Source: Patescibacteria group bacterium
GTDB lineage: Bacteria; Patescibacteriota; Minisyncoccia; Phycocordibacterales; JACOZG01
DNA length: 54,688 bases
Assembly: GCA_038065495.1 (NCBI GenBank)
Contig: JBBTQW010000001.1
Span: forward strand, 110,137-164,824
Reading direction: 5' to 3'
Part shown: positions 36,403 to 44,300 of the stretch, piece after piece
Layout of the letters: every line of letters starts with the position of its first letter
Numbering within the stretch: the first letter of the stretch is position 1
Notes under the pieces: model-generated
What the model saw: the letters and a program-made list of their open reading frames with translations, nothing else
Told to the model about the DNA's origin: nothing
The model's database searches: none
Position numbers and translations under genes: made by a program

Positions 36403-36945
36403 TTAAGCTGCGGCCACTTTCTTACCCACTTTGCGACGGACCGTTTCGGTATTGTAACGGATCCCTTTGCCCTTGTACGGCTCCGGTGGTTTGAGCTCAC
36501 GCACTTGCGCCGCAAACTGACCCACTAATTCTTTGTCGCTGCCAGAAATTGTCATGTTGTTTTTATCGAGCGCAACTTTGATACCCGCTGGGATCTTCTT
36601 CTCCACCGGATGCGACAAACCAAGCGCAAAGTTCAATTTATCGCCGGCCATGGCTACTTTGTAACCCACGCCTTCGATCAGCAGTTGCTTCTGGAAACCT
36701 TTCGAGACACCTTCGATCATATTCTGCAAGTGCGAGGCAAAAGTCCCCCACAAAGTATTAGTTTCTAGCGTCAACTTTTTTGGTTTAAGAATCACGGTGT
36801 TATTTTCTAAAACGACTTCAAATCTCGCATCAAACTTGCGCGTGAGCGTGCCAAGTGGGCCAGTCACGGTCACAACATTCTCGCCGTCCACCGTGCAAGT
36901 GACTTTCTCCGGAAGCGTAATCAGTTGTTTACCAAGGCGTGACAT
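36403..36945 (-). CDS. rplF: 50S ribosomal protein L6
   Basis: MSRLGKQLITLPEKV... two-domain L6 pattern and synteny. Confidence 0.9.
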   Translation of the reverse strand: MSRLGKQLITLPEKVTCTVDGENVVTVTGPLGTLTRKFDARFEVVLENNTVILKPKKLTLETNTLWGTFASHLQNMIEGVSKGFQKQLLIEGVGYKVAMAGDKLNFALGLSHPVEKKIPAGIKVALDKNNMTISGSDKELVGQFAAQVRELKPPEPYKGKGIRYNTETVRRKVGKKVAAA

Positions 36946-36948
36946 GTT

Positions 36949-37341
36949 TTACCAGATTTTAAATAAAATTTCGCCACCGACTTTCGCTGTCCGGGCTTCT
37001 TTATCAGTCAAGATTCCCTTTGGTGTAGAATAAATCGCTAAACCGTGACCCTGCCGCACCGATCTGATCTCCCGATGATTGTGATACACGCGGCGTGATG
37101 GCTTGGAAACACGCTGGATATCCTCAATTTTCGTCTCGCCATTTGGGGCGGAAATTAACTCCACTTCCAGCGATTTCTTCACTTTTTTACCGCGCTGACT
37201 CACGCTCTTGATGTAGCCAACTTGGCGCAACTTTTCTGCAATGGCTAACTTCAGTTCAGACGCCGGCAAGACAACACTAGAACGCCCGGCCGAGCCAGCG
37301 TTCTTGAGGCGCACGATCATATCAGAAATGGGATCTACCAT
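36949..37341 (-). CDS. rpsH: 30S ribosomal protein S8
   Basis: [14 protein letters not shown]-terminus and synteny. Confidence 0.9.
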   Translation of the reverse strand: MVDPISDMIVRLKNAGSAGRSSVVLPASELKLAIAEKLRQVGYIKSVSQRGKKVKKSLEVELISAPNGETKIEDIQRVSKPSRRVYHNHREIRSVRQGHGLAIYSTPKGILTDKEARTAKVGGEILFKIW

Positions 37342-37520
37342 GACGATTTTCTAATCCCCGGAATTTTGCCCTCATTCGCGAGTTCTCTAAAGCAGATGCG
37401 ACATAAGTCAAAATCTCGCATGTAAGCGCGCTTGCGACCACAGCGGAAACAGCGCCGGACGATCCGGGTGCTGAACTTGGGCGGCTTCTGCGAGCGCGCA
37501 ATGACTGATGTTTTGGCCAT
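37335..37520 (-). CDS. rpsN: 30S ribosomal protein S14 (type Z, zinc-binding)
   Basis: 61 aa with the CxxC...CxxC pattern (CFRCGR...CRIC). Confidence 0.9.
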   Translation of the reverse strand: MAKTSVIARSQKPPKFSTRIVRRCFRCGRKRAYMRDFDLCRICFRELANEGKIPGIRKSSW

Positions 37521-37535
37521 ATTTCGGGAACTCTA

Positions 37536-37564
37536 ATCCTAGCAGATCGTCCCTCGAGCGTCAA
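37536..37564 (-). promoter_or_regulatory. Putative internal promoter (TTGACG-N17-TAGGAT) upstream of rpsN
   Basis: On the minus strand, TTGACG lies at 37564-37559 and TAGGAT at 37541-37536. It sits just downstream of a terminator hairpin. Confidence 0.4.
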
Positions 37565-37581
37565 ATGGCGATTTTAGGCGT

Positions 37582-37616
37582 AAAAAAGCCCGCGTCGTCA
37601 GCGACAAACGCGGGAC
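37582..37616 (-). terminator. Rho-independent terminator after the inserted small ORF
   Basis: Minus strand reads CCCGCGTTTGTCGCTGACGACGCGGG followed by CTTTTTT. Confidence 0.6.
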
Positions 37617-37628
37617 TTTTGGTTGAGA

Positions 37629-37814
37629 TTAGCTAGAGAGAGCCTTGCCTAGTTCGATCACACGCCTAAGCTCGTTCTCAAGTTCTCCTAGCAACTCTGT
37701 TTCGACAACACTGATCGTGCCGGCCTTTTTCCTTTCTTGAAGGGGCAATACTCGATCTTGGAGAACTCGCGCTTCCAAGTAGAGATCGGCAAGCTCTTTG
37801 ACGTTGTCAGACAT
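37629..37814 (-). CDS. Small coiled-coil hypothetical protein inserted in the spc ribosomal operon
   Basis: 61 aa (MSDNVKELADLYLEARVLQDR...) with an SD-like GAGAGGTG 4 nt upstream of the ATG. Bracketed by two terminator hairpins. Confidence 0.5.
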   Translation of the reverse strand: MSDNVKELADLYLEARVLQDRVLPLQERKKAGTISVVETELLGELENELRRVIELGKALSS

Positions 37815-37845
37815 CACACACCTCTCACTTTCTCAAAAAAGAACT

Positions 37846-37877
37846 AAAAACACCTCCCGACGAGTGGGAGGTGTTTT
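37846..37877 (-). terminator. Rho-independent terminator downstream of rplE
   Basis: Minus strand reads CACCTCCC-ACTCGTC-GGGAGGTG followed by TTTTT. Confidence 0.6.
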
Positions 37878-37973
37878 GATAATATTTCGAAAAGTTTAGA
37901 ATACGACCAAAGCACCTACCGCTCGATAGAGGTGATGCTATAATACGAATTTTTTACTGTTTTATTCTTCATG

Positions 37974-38516
37974 TTACTTATTCCCTTTCTTAAACGGAAA
38001 GCCTAAAGTCCGGAAGAAAACCAGCGCCTGCTCACGACTAGTGGCCGTGGAGACAAGAGTAATAGCGAGGCCGAAGACGTCTTTGAGTTCCTCATCAGCG
38101 GTTTCGGGGAAAATGGTGTGCTCGCGCAAGCCCAGCGTGAGGCCGCCTCGTTCATCCACAATTTTCTCATCAAAGCCGCGGAAGTCGCGGATCCGGGGAA
38201 TCGCGATGTTGAGGAGTTTGTCAAAGAAGCCCCACATCCGCTTGCCGCGGAGTGTGACAACATAACCCACCACATCGCCTTCGCGACTCTTAAAGCTCGC
38301 GATCGATTTCTTAGCGCCGCGACTAGCGGCCTTCTGACCCGTAATCTGGCCGAGGCGATTGGCGATTAGTTCCAGGCGCTTCTTATCTTTCACTTTGCCC
38401 ACGCCAGTGCTGACCATAATTTTTTCTAATTTTGGTAGCGCCATTTTATTGCTCAAGTTCAGAGCTTTGGCCAGCTCCGGGCTATTTTTCTCCAATTTTT
38501 CTCTGGTGGTTAACAT
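37974..38516 (-). CDS. rplE: 50S ribosomal protein L5
   Basis: LPKLEKIMVSTGVG and GFPFKK motifs, plus synteny. Confidence 0.9.
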   Translation of the reverse strand: MLTTREKLEKNSPELAKALNLSNKMALPKLEKIMVSTGVGKVKDKKRLELIANRLGQITGQKAASRGAKKSIASFKSREGDVVGYVVTLRGKRMWGFFDKLLNIAIPRIRDFRGFDEKIVDERGGLTLGLREHTIFPETADEELKDVFGLAITLVSTATSREQALVFFRTLGFPFKKGNK

Positions 38517-38548
38517 GTTAGTTGTTTAAAAAATAAATACAGGATAAT

Positions 38549-38800
38549 TTAGCTGATTTTCTTGACATTAGAGACGTGGATCGGCAAGGGTCTGGTGACG
38601 ACCTGACCCTTCTGGCCTTCTTTGGTGGCGCGCTGACGACGCTTGACCAAGCCCACGCCCTCCACCACCACGCGACTCAGCTTGGGCAATGATTTGAGAA
38701 TTTTACCTTCTTTGCCTTTGTCTTTGCCGGTTAAGACTCGCACCGTGTCGCCTTTTTTGACGTTTAGAGCTTTGGTATTTTTATATTTATTCTTTTTCAT
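38549..38800 (-). CDS. rplX: 50S ribosomal protein L24
   Basis: KOW motif VKKGDTVRVLTGKDKGKEGKI. Confidence 0.9.
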   Translation of the reverse strand: MKKNKYKNTKALNVKKGDTVRVLTGKDKGKEGKILKSLPKLSRVVVEGVGLVKRRQRATKEGQKGQVVTRPLPIHVSNVKKIS

Positions 38801-38816
38801 ATTCAGTTTTTAGGCG

Positions 38817-39188
38817 CTAAACAATTTCTGGCGCTAGCGAGCCGATTTTCTGGAAGCCTTTCTCGACCAACTCGCGCGGGATGGGGCCGAAGATGCGCCC
38901 GCCGCGTGGCTCCAGCTTTTCTTTTTCCAGAATCACAACAGCGTTTTCATCAAATCTGATATAAGAACCATCAGCGCGACGAAAGGCATTTTTTTGACGA
39001 ACAACGACCGCGCGGCAAACTTCTTTCTTCTTTATCGCCTTTTTTGGTTCAGCAACCTGAATAGAAATCACGACGAGCTCGCCCAGTTGCGCCCAGCGCT
39101 TCTGCGAGCCGCCCAGGACCTTAAAGACGCGCCCGATCTTGGCGCCGGTATTATCTGCAATCTTCACAATAGAGCGTGGTTGGATCAT
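38817..39188 (-). CDS. rplN: 50S ribosomal protein L14
   Basis: MIQPRSIVKIADNTGAK N-terminus. Confidence 0.95.
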   Translation of the reverse strand: MIQPRSIVKIADNTGAKIGRVFKVLGGSQKRWAQLGELVVISIQVAEPKKAIKKKEVCRAVVVRQKNAFRRADGSYIRFDENAVVILEKEKLEPRGGRIFGPIPRELVEKGFQKIGSLAPEIV

Positions 39189-39197
39189 GTTGGCAAA

Positions 39198-39470
39198 TTA
39201 TGACGAATGGGGACGAATAATAAAAGATTTGCGTTTTGACATTGGTCGGGTTTCCACAATTGTCACCTTTTCACCTTCTTTGTGAGCGCCAGTCTCATCA
39301 TGCGCCAAATAGCGCTTGGTTTGGGTTAAGTACTTTTTATATTTTGGATGCTTCACATAGCGCTTCACCTCCACCACCACCGTTTTCTGCATCTTAGTCG
39401 AGACGATTACACCGTCCAGCGTGCGGCCAGATTTTTTCGTCATTTCAGTTTTAGTCTCTACTGCTTTCAT
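39198..39470 (-). CDS. rpsQ: 30S ribosomal protein S17
   Basis: GVIVSTKMQKTVVVEVKRYVKHPKYKK. Confidence 0.9.
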   Translation of the reverse strand: MKAVETKTEMTKKSGRTLDGVIVSTKMQKTVVVEVKRYVKHPKYKKYLTQTKRYLAHDETGAHKEGEKVTIVETRPMSKRKSFIIRPHSS

Positions 39471-39485
39471 GTTTTATTTTAAATT

Positions 39486-39674
39486 TTATTTTTTAGCTTT
39501 ATTATTCTCAAGACTAGCCGCGGTTAGTAATCTCGCAATCTCGTGCCGTGCCTTGCCTACCACTTTTACATCTTTGCTCTTGCCTTGCCCGAGGTCAGCA
39601 AAATACAGCGCACGCAGAGCGTTTTTCTTCTCTACTACTGCCTTCTGCCAAGTTGTTCTTTCTGTTTTTGCCAT
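39486..39674 (-). CDS. rpmC: 50S ribosomal protein L29
   Basis: 62-aa helical basic ORF in the L16-L29-S17 position. Confidence 0.8.
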   Translation of the reverse strand: MAKTERTTWQKAVVEKKNALRALYFADLGQGKSKDVKVVGKARHEIARLLTAASLENNKAKK

Positions 39675-39689
39675 AAAATAAAATATAAA

Positions 39690-40112
39690 TTAAACGACTC
39701 GCGCGACTAGTTTAGTCTTGATCGGCAATTTAGCGCCGGCTTTTCTCAATGCTTCCCGAGCGACCATATTTTCCACGCCATCAAGCTCAAACAAAACGCG
39801 ACCAGGCCAAACTTGGAACTCGTAACCCTGCGGCTCGCCCTTACCCTTACCCATTTTCTTCTCCGCTGGATGCATAGTGTAAGGCTTATCGGGGAAGATC
39901 CGGATCCACATTTTGCCAGTTTTCTTGATCTCGTGCATGATCGCCTTGCGCGCCGCCTCAATCTGATTGGCCCGCACCCGGCCAGCCGACATTGCCTTGA
40001 TGCCATGCGAGCCGAAAGATAGCGTTACGCCACGCGTTTCCGTCTTTGCGCGCTTTGGATTACGGCGCATGGTGTGCCACTTTCGGTGTTTGACTTTCTT
40101 AGGGAGTAACAT
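39690..40112 (-). CDS. rplP: 50S ribosomal protein L16
   Basis: MLLPKKVKHRKWH N-terminus. Confidence 0.95.
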   Translation of the reverse strand: MLLPKKVKHRKWHTMRRNPKRAKTETRGVTLSFGSHGIKAMSAGRVRANQIEAARKAIMHEIKKTGKMWIRIFPDKPYTMHPAEKKMGKGKGEPQGYEFQVWPGRVLFELDGVENMVAREALRKAGAKLPIKTKLVARVV

Positions 40113-40118
40113 GATATT

Positions 40119-40790
40119 TTATTTACCTTGCTTATCCTTAGCAAAGATCTCGCCGCGGTAGATCCAGACCTTAACACCAATCACGCCATAAGACAAATAA
40201 GCCTTCTCCCGCGCAAAGTCGATATCCGCGCGCAGAGTTTGCAATGGCAAGCGACCTTTCTTGAGCGTTTCCGTCCGGCCAATTTCCGAGCCACCGAGCC
40301 GGCCAGAGAGCGTGACGCGCACGCCCTCCACGCTCCGGTTGCCCATCGCCTTCTCAATCGCTTGCTTGGCCACGCGCTTAAAGGGCATGCGCTTCTCCAA
40401 GCCCTCCGCAATCATCTGGCCCACAATCCGGGCATGCGTCTCGGGATTTTTTACTTCTTCAATGTCCAGCTTAAAATCTTTCGGCACCGTCGCCTTAATG
40501 CTATTTAAAAACTTAACCACTTCTTGCTTGAGCTTAGTTGAACCTTCACCGGAACGACCGATAATCATGCCCGGTCTGGCAGTTTTGATAGTCAATCTTA
40601 GTGAGTTATTACCGCGCTCAATCTCTAGCGCATCTACGTATAAACCACGCAGCTTTTTCTCAAGAAATTCGCGCAAGAGAACATCAGCTTTCAAGAATTT
40701 CTGATATTGTCCGCGCGTGCCAAACCAGCGCGACTGCCAATCACGGATAATGCCGAGCCGGTGAGAATATGGATGGACTTTGTGACTCAT
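40119..40790 (-). CDS. rpsC: 30S ribosomal protein S3
   Basis: MSHKVHPYSHRLGIIRDWQSRWF and a KH domain. Confidence 0.95.
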   Translation of the reverse strand: MSHKVHPYSHRLGIIRDWQSRWFGTRGQYQKFLKADVLLREFLEKKLRGLYVDALEIERGNNSLRLTIKTARPGMIIGRSGEGSTKLKQEVVKFLNSIKATVPKDFKLDIEEVKNPETHARIVGQMIAEGLEKRMPFKRVAKQAIEKAMGNRSVEGVRVTLSGRLGGSEIGRTETLKKGRLPLQTLRADIDFAREKAYLSYGVIGVKVWIYRGEIFAKDKQGK

Positions 40791-40800
40791 GGTGAATGGC

Positions 40801-41136
40801 TTAGAGCTTAGAGCTGTTAGCTGCTAGTTTGAGAATAACATGACTCGTGCGCTTGTTGATCCGAGAAGCCGAGCCGCGAGCGCGCGGTCGCGAGCGCTTG
40901 AGCGTGGCGCCGGCATCTACGCGCACTTCGCTCACTGTCAGCTTATCGCTCTCGCTGGCGGCCTGACCGGTATTGGCCACTGCTGATTCTAAGAGTTTAG
41001 AAATCGGCCCAGCCGCGCGCTTGGGCAAGAACTTTAACTGCTCGCGCGCATTAAGCACGCTCTTGCCTTTGATCAAGCTAGCAACCAAGCGCACTTTGCG
41101 CGGCGACTGACGATAATTACTCAAAACAGCTTTCAT
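40801..41136 (-). CDS. rplV: 50S ribosomal protein L22
   Basis: YRQSPRKVRLVASLIKGKSV. Confidence 0.9.
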   Translation of the reverse strand: MKAVLSNYRQSPRKVRLVASLIKGKSVLNAREQLKFLPKRAAGPISKLLESAVANTGQAASESDKLTVSEVRVDAGATLKRSRPRARGSASRINKRTSHVILKLAANSSKL

Positions 41137-41181
41137 CTTTATTTATTATTTATTTAAAATTATTCTTGCTTATTTTTACTT

Positions 41182-41523
41182 CTACTTTTTAGCAGCGACA
41201 GTCTCTTTGGCCGCCTTAGCGGCTGTTATCTCAGAATCTTTCTGCTTCTGTTCTAATTCTTTCTGAATTTTGCCGCCATGCTTCACAAACTTGCGCGTAA
41301 ACGAGAATTCGCCCAGCTTGTGGCCAACCATTTCTTCTGTCACAAAGACTTCGAGATGATCCTTGCCATTGTGCACGCCAAACTTGAAGCCGACCATCTC
41401 CGGGGCAATCGCGCTGGCGCGCGCCCAAGTTTTGATCACGCCAGTCTCGCCTGGCTTCTTGCCGGCAATCTTCTTGAGCAATTTGGGGTCAACATAGGGA
41501 CCCTTCTGGCTTGAGCGTGACAT
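41182..41523 (-). CDS. rpsS: 30S ribosomal protein S19 (with Lys-rich C-terminal extension)
   Basis: [19 protein letters not shown]...[23 protein letters not shown]. Confidence 0.9.
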   Translation of the reverse strand: MSRSSQKGPYVDPKLLKKIAGKKPGETGVIKTWARASAIAPEMVGFKFGVHNGKDHLEVFVTEEMVGHKLGEFSFTRKFVKHGGKIQKELEQKQKDSEITAAKAAKETVAAKK

Positions 41524-41583
41524 AATTAGAAAAAATACTGCCCAGTTCAGGGCTTGAATATACTAGCAAATGAGCTAGTTCTG

Positions 41584-42561
41584 TCAAATACGCATTCTCT
41601 GGACCAACTTCCACCCATTCCCCCATCCCAACATCCCCAAATATGACTGTTTCCGCGCCTCATTCCCATTTTCTTGCAACTTGGCCAGCATCCTTTTTCT
41701 CGTCGCTTTGCGCAAAACACGATGATCCGGAAAGTGAACCCAGCCCAAGAAATCCACGCCAGAAGCGAGTGTTTTGATCGAAACTTTGTGCGGATGGAGC
41801 TGTAACTTGAGTTTGGTTTGGAGAAAAGTTGATATTTTTGGGATAAGTTTTGTTAGATATTCTTGATCTCGTGAGAAAATCACAAAATCGTCAGCATATC
41901 GCACATAATGTTTTATTCGCAATTCATGTTTAAGAAACTGATCAAGTTCGTTGAGATAAATATTCACTAAGAGTTGCGATGTGAGATTGCCGAGCGGCAA
42001 ACCCACGCCCAGTCTGGTTGAGTGAAAACTAGCAATAATCTCGCGCAGTAAGTTGAGAATATCTGGATCAGCAATGTGTTGAGCTAAAATATTTAATAAA
42101 ATCTGGTGATCAATGCTGGCGAAAAACTTCCGGATATCGCACTTGAGAATCCAGCACTGCTTAGTGTCATTTCGCGAAACTTGATAACCAAAAGCGCGAA
42201 ATCTGTTTAATGCTTTATGCGTGCCTTTGCCAATGCGACAAGAAAATGAGTCAGCGATAAATTTAGTGTGAAAATATGGGTATAACTTCCGGTAAATCGC
42301 GTGATGTAATACACGATCGCGCACACTCGCTTTGTGGATGTCGCGCGGTTTAGGATCGTTGATTTTGAAAGCTTTGTAAGCGCCGTGGCGATAAGCGTGA
42401 TTTTTGAGTTCGTGATTTAACTGAAACAGATTATCCATCAAGCCAAACTGAAACGCTTGCACATCTGGCTTGTGCCGTTTGCCACGGATAAATTCTTGCC
42501 AAGCTTGGAGCAAGTTCGCGGTGGAAATGATGTGAAAGAAATTGTATAGTAATTGAGTCAT
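41584..42561 (-). CDS. DGR-type reverse transcriptase
   Basis: 325 aa. RT motifs include YVRYADDFVIF (YxDD) and LPLGNLTSQLLVNIYLNELD; the [IL]GxxxSQ motif is typical of DGR RTs. There is no maturase or endonuclease extension. An SD-like CAGGAGA lies upstream. Confidence 0.9.
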   Translation of the reverse strand: MTQLLYNFFHIISTANLLQAWQEFIRGKRHKPDVQAFQFGLMDNLFQLNHELKNHAYRHGAYKAFKINDPKPRDIHKASVRDRVLHHAIYRKLYPYFHTKFIADSFSCRIGKGTHKALNRFRAFGYQVSRNDTKQCWILKCDIRKFFASIDHQILLNILAQHIADPDILNLLREIIASFHSTRLGVGLPLGNLTSQLLVNIYLNELDQFLKHELRIKHYVRYADDFVIFSRDQEYLTKLIPKISTFLQTKLKLQLHPHKVSIKTLASGVDFLGWVHFPDHRVLRKATRKRMLAKLQENGNEARKQSYLGMLGWGNGWKLVQRMRI

Positions 42562-42605
42562 GAATTTTAATTCTCCTGTAGTTACCCCCCCCCCGCAACA
42601 ATTTA

Positions 42606-42974
42606 TTGCCTTTGTTAGAACGCCTCAAAACGACTTATCTTGAGTGGTATAAATATTACCAAATCATTCCCAAAACTCATCGCCATTCGCTTGGCCAACG
42701 TATCGATAACTTATTTGTGGAAGTGATCGAGGGGACAGCAATCGCCGGCTTCTTGCCCAAAACCGAGAAACAGCCGTGGGTAAAACTGGCGATCAGAAAA
42801 TTAGATACACTCAAGATCTTGCTAATGATCCTGTGGGAAACTAAATCACTGGATAACAAAAAGTATCTGGCAATTTCAGCAAAGATTGATGAAGTGGGTA
42901 AAATGCTCGGCGGTTGGAATGGCCAACTACAGAGACAAAACTCTCCCGCCGAAGCAGGAGAGAAAATGAAGTGA
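42606..42974 (+). CDS. avd: DGR accessory variability determinant (Avd-like four-helix-bundle protein)
   Basis: 122 aa, helical and basic. The C-terminal IDEVGKMLGGW resembles the Avd / 23S-rRNA-IVS protein family (EVGRILGSW in Bordetella phage bAvd, recalled from memory). TTG start. On the opposite strand to RT, TR and target. Confidence 0.75.
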   Translation: MPLLERLKTTYLEWYKYYQIIPKTHRHSLGQRIDNLFVEVIEGTAIAGFLPKTEKQPWVKLAIRKLDTLKILLMILWETKSLDNKKYLAISAKIDEVGKMLGGWNGQLQRQNSPAEAGEKMK

Positions 42975-42977
42975 GTA

Positions 42978-43095
42978 GCGACGGAAGGCAAACCAGTCGT
43001 TCTGATCGTTGAAGTTGCTCACCCAGTTGAGGTTCGCCTTGCGGTTGGAATCGTTCCACCAGACATAGCAGGCCTGCTGGTTGCCCTCGAAGGTA
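42978..43095 (-). repeat. DGR template repeat (TR)
   Basis: 118 bp. The minus-strand sense reads FEGNQQACYVWWNDSNRKANLNWVSNFNDQNDWFAFRR with 8 AAC codons. All 15 differences from the VR are at A in this copy. Confidence 0.9.
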
Positions 43096-43342
43096 ATGTG
43101 CGAAATATCGTCCTAACCACCATCTCTCGATTGTTTAGAAACAACAAACTTGAGATTGAATCTAATTCGGCATCTTAATGCCTTAATATTTCACACCAAG
43201 TAACTTCATTTTTTGAAGTGTCTACATACACCGCGCTACCCGAGACCGTGATCGCGGATATTCTGGATGTATGGATACTGGCTTCGGTAGCCGGCAACCG
43301 TAATCACCAGCTTATGCACCTAGTGCCGAGCATATTTTAACA

Positions 43343-43376
43343 AAAGAAAAACCCCGAGCATAATTGCCCGGGGTTC
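43343..43376 (-). terminator. Rho-independent terminator of the DGR target gene
   Basis: Minus strand reads AACCCCGGGCAATTATGCTCGGGGTT followed by TTTCTTTTG. Confidence 0.6.
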
Positions 43377-43442
43377 CATTGTTAACGTTTTGGAATACGT
43401 TTGCGGGTTGAGGTCGCGCTAAGATCAAAGGATCTGAAAGAT

Positions 43443-44123
43443 CTAATGACCCGAGGCCACAGAGCTCTGGCGACGGAAGGCAAACCAGTCGTTCTGATCG
43501 TCGAAGCTGCCCACCCAGCGGAGGCGCGCCCCGCGGCTGGAACCGCGCCACCAGACATAGCAGGCCTGCCGGTCGCCCTCGAAGGTACATTCCTTAGTGG
43601 CGACCACATACATTGGGTTCATCCCGAGCTCTTGGTGCAGCTTGGGACAGCGAGCGCCAATAGCGAAAACCTGGCGAGGGTGGGTGCGTTCCAGTTGATA
43701 CTGCTTCGCCCAAGCTTGAGCCTTATCCCAATTGCCATCACCTTGGGGAAAGTTGAGCAGAATGAGCTCGTCTTCCCGAGTGCCAGTCCCCTCAGTCGGA
43801 TACTGATCACCGACCTTGCGGACATTGTAATTGGCCGGAGTATCGGGACCAGCGACATTGATTGCTTCTTGCCAGTCCTGGTCTAGAGTGACCGGTACTT
43901 GGACAATGTGTAACCGTGCGCCAGGAGGAGCAACCAGTTCGCCGAGAACCATTGGCCGTTTCGCCTTGATGCCATCCAGCATCTCGGCTACTAGGCCGCT
44001 GACCAGACCATAGGTCTGGAAGTCTTTGCGAGTGATTCCCTTGTCTTTGGCCATCTTGCGGATCTGATCCAGCTGGCCGGAACTCAAAGCTTCGTACTTC
44101 GGAGGTTTCGCTGTCTTCGTCAT
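43443..44123 (-). CDS. DGR target (variable) protein with no signal peptide
   Basis: 226 aa. The VR occupies codons for ...FEGDRQACYVWWRGSSRGARLRWVGSFDDQNDWFAFRR, 8 codons before the stop. An SD-like GGGAGAT lies upstream of the ATG. Confidence 0.85.
   Translation of the reverse strand: MTKTAKPPKYEALSSGQLDQIRKMAKDKGITRKDFQTYGLVSGLVAEMLDGIKAKRPMVLGELVAPPGARLHIVQVPVTLDQDWQEAINVAGPDTPANYNVRKVGDQYPTEGTGTREDELILLNFPQGDGNWDKAQAWAKQYQLERTHPRQVFAIGARCPKLHQELGMNPMYVVATKECTFEGDRQACYVWWRGSSRGARLRWVGSFDDQNDWFAFRRQSSVASGH
43470..43587 (-). repeat. DGR variable repeat (VR)
   Basis: 118 bp, collinear with the TR at an offset of 492 bp. It has 15 substitutions (to G or C on the coding strand), all opposite TR adenines. 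Confidence 0.9.
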
Positions 44124-44300
44124 CTGACTATCTCCCTATTTGGCTCATTACTGGCTCCGGATACACTCCGGGATCAGTAAGGGGCAATTAAATGTCAAAC
44201 ATCTACCAACCCCCACTATAGCAAACTGGCAGAAATTGTCAAGTGCCTTGCCGAAAATTATAACACACTGATTTATGCTGTAATGTAACCCCCCTCAATC

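Larger units (their letters stand above)
41584..44123 (-). mobile_element. Diversity-generating retroelement (DGR) cassette: target/VR - TR - avd (inverted) - RT
   Basis: The components are listed individually below. The diagnostic feature is the strictly A-specific TR/VR mismatch pattern. Confidence 0.9.

Noticed and set aside
41584-42561. Reverse transcriptase as a group II intron maturase or a retron RT.
   Set aside because: It has no maturase (X) or endonuclease extension, and no flanking intron-like RNA domains or msr/msd-type inverted repeats were seen. The LGNLTSQ motif, the adjacent Avd-like gene and the A-specific TR/VR pair all point to a DGR instead.
42677-43886. Track ORFs 42677-42991(-), 42841-43059(-), 43312-43590(-), 43401-43886(+), 43619-43858(-) and 43831-44013(+).
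   Set aside because: They are antisense or out of frame relative to avd, TR, VR and the target gene. They have low-complexity Arg/Pro/Ser-rich translations. The duplicated repeat and GC-rich coding sequence explain them.
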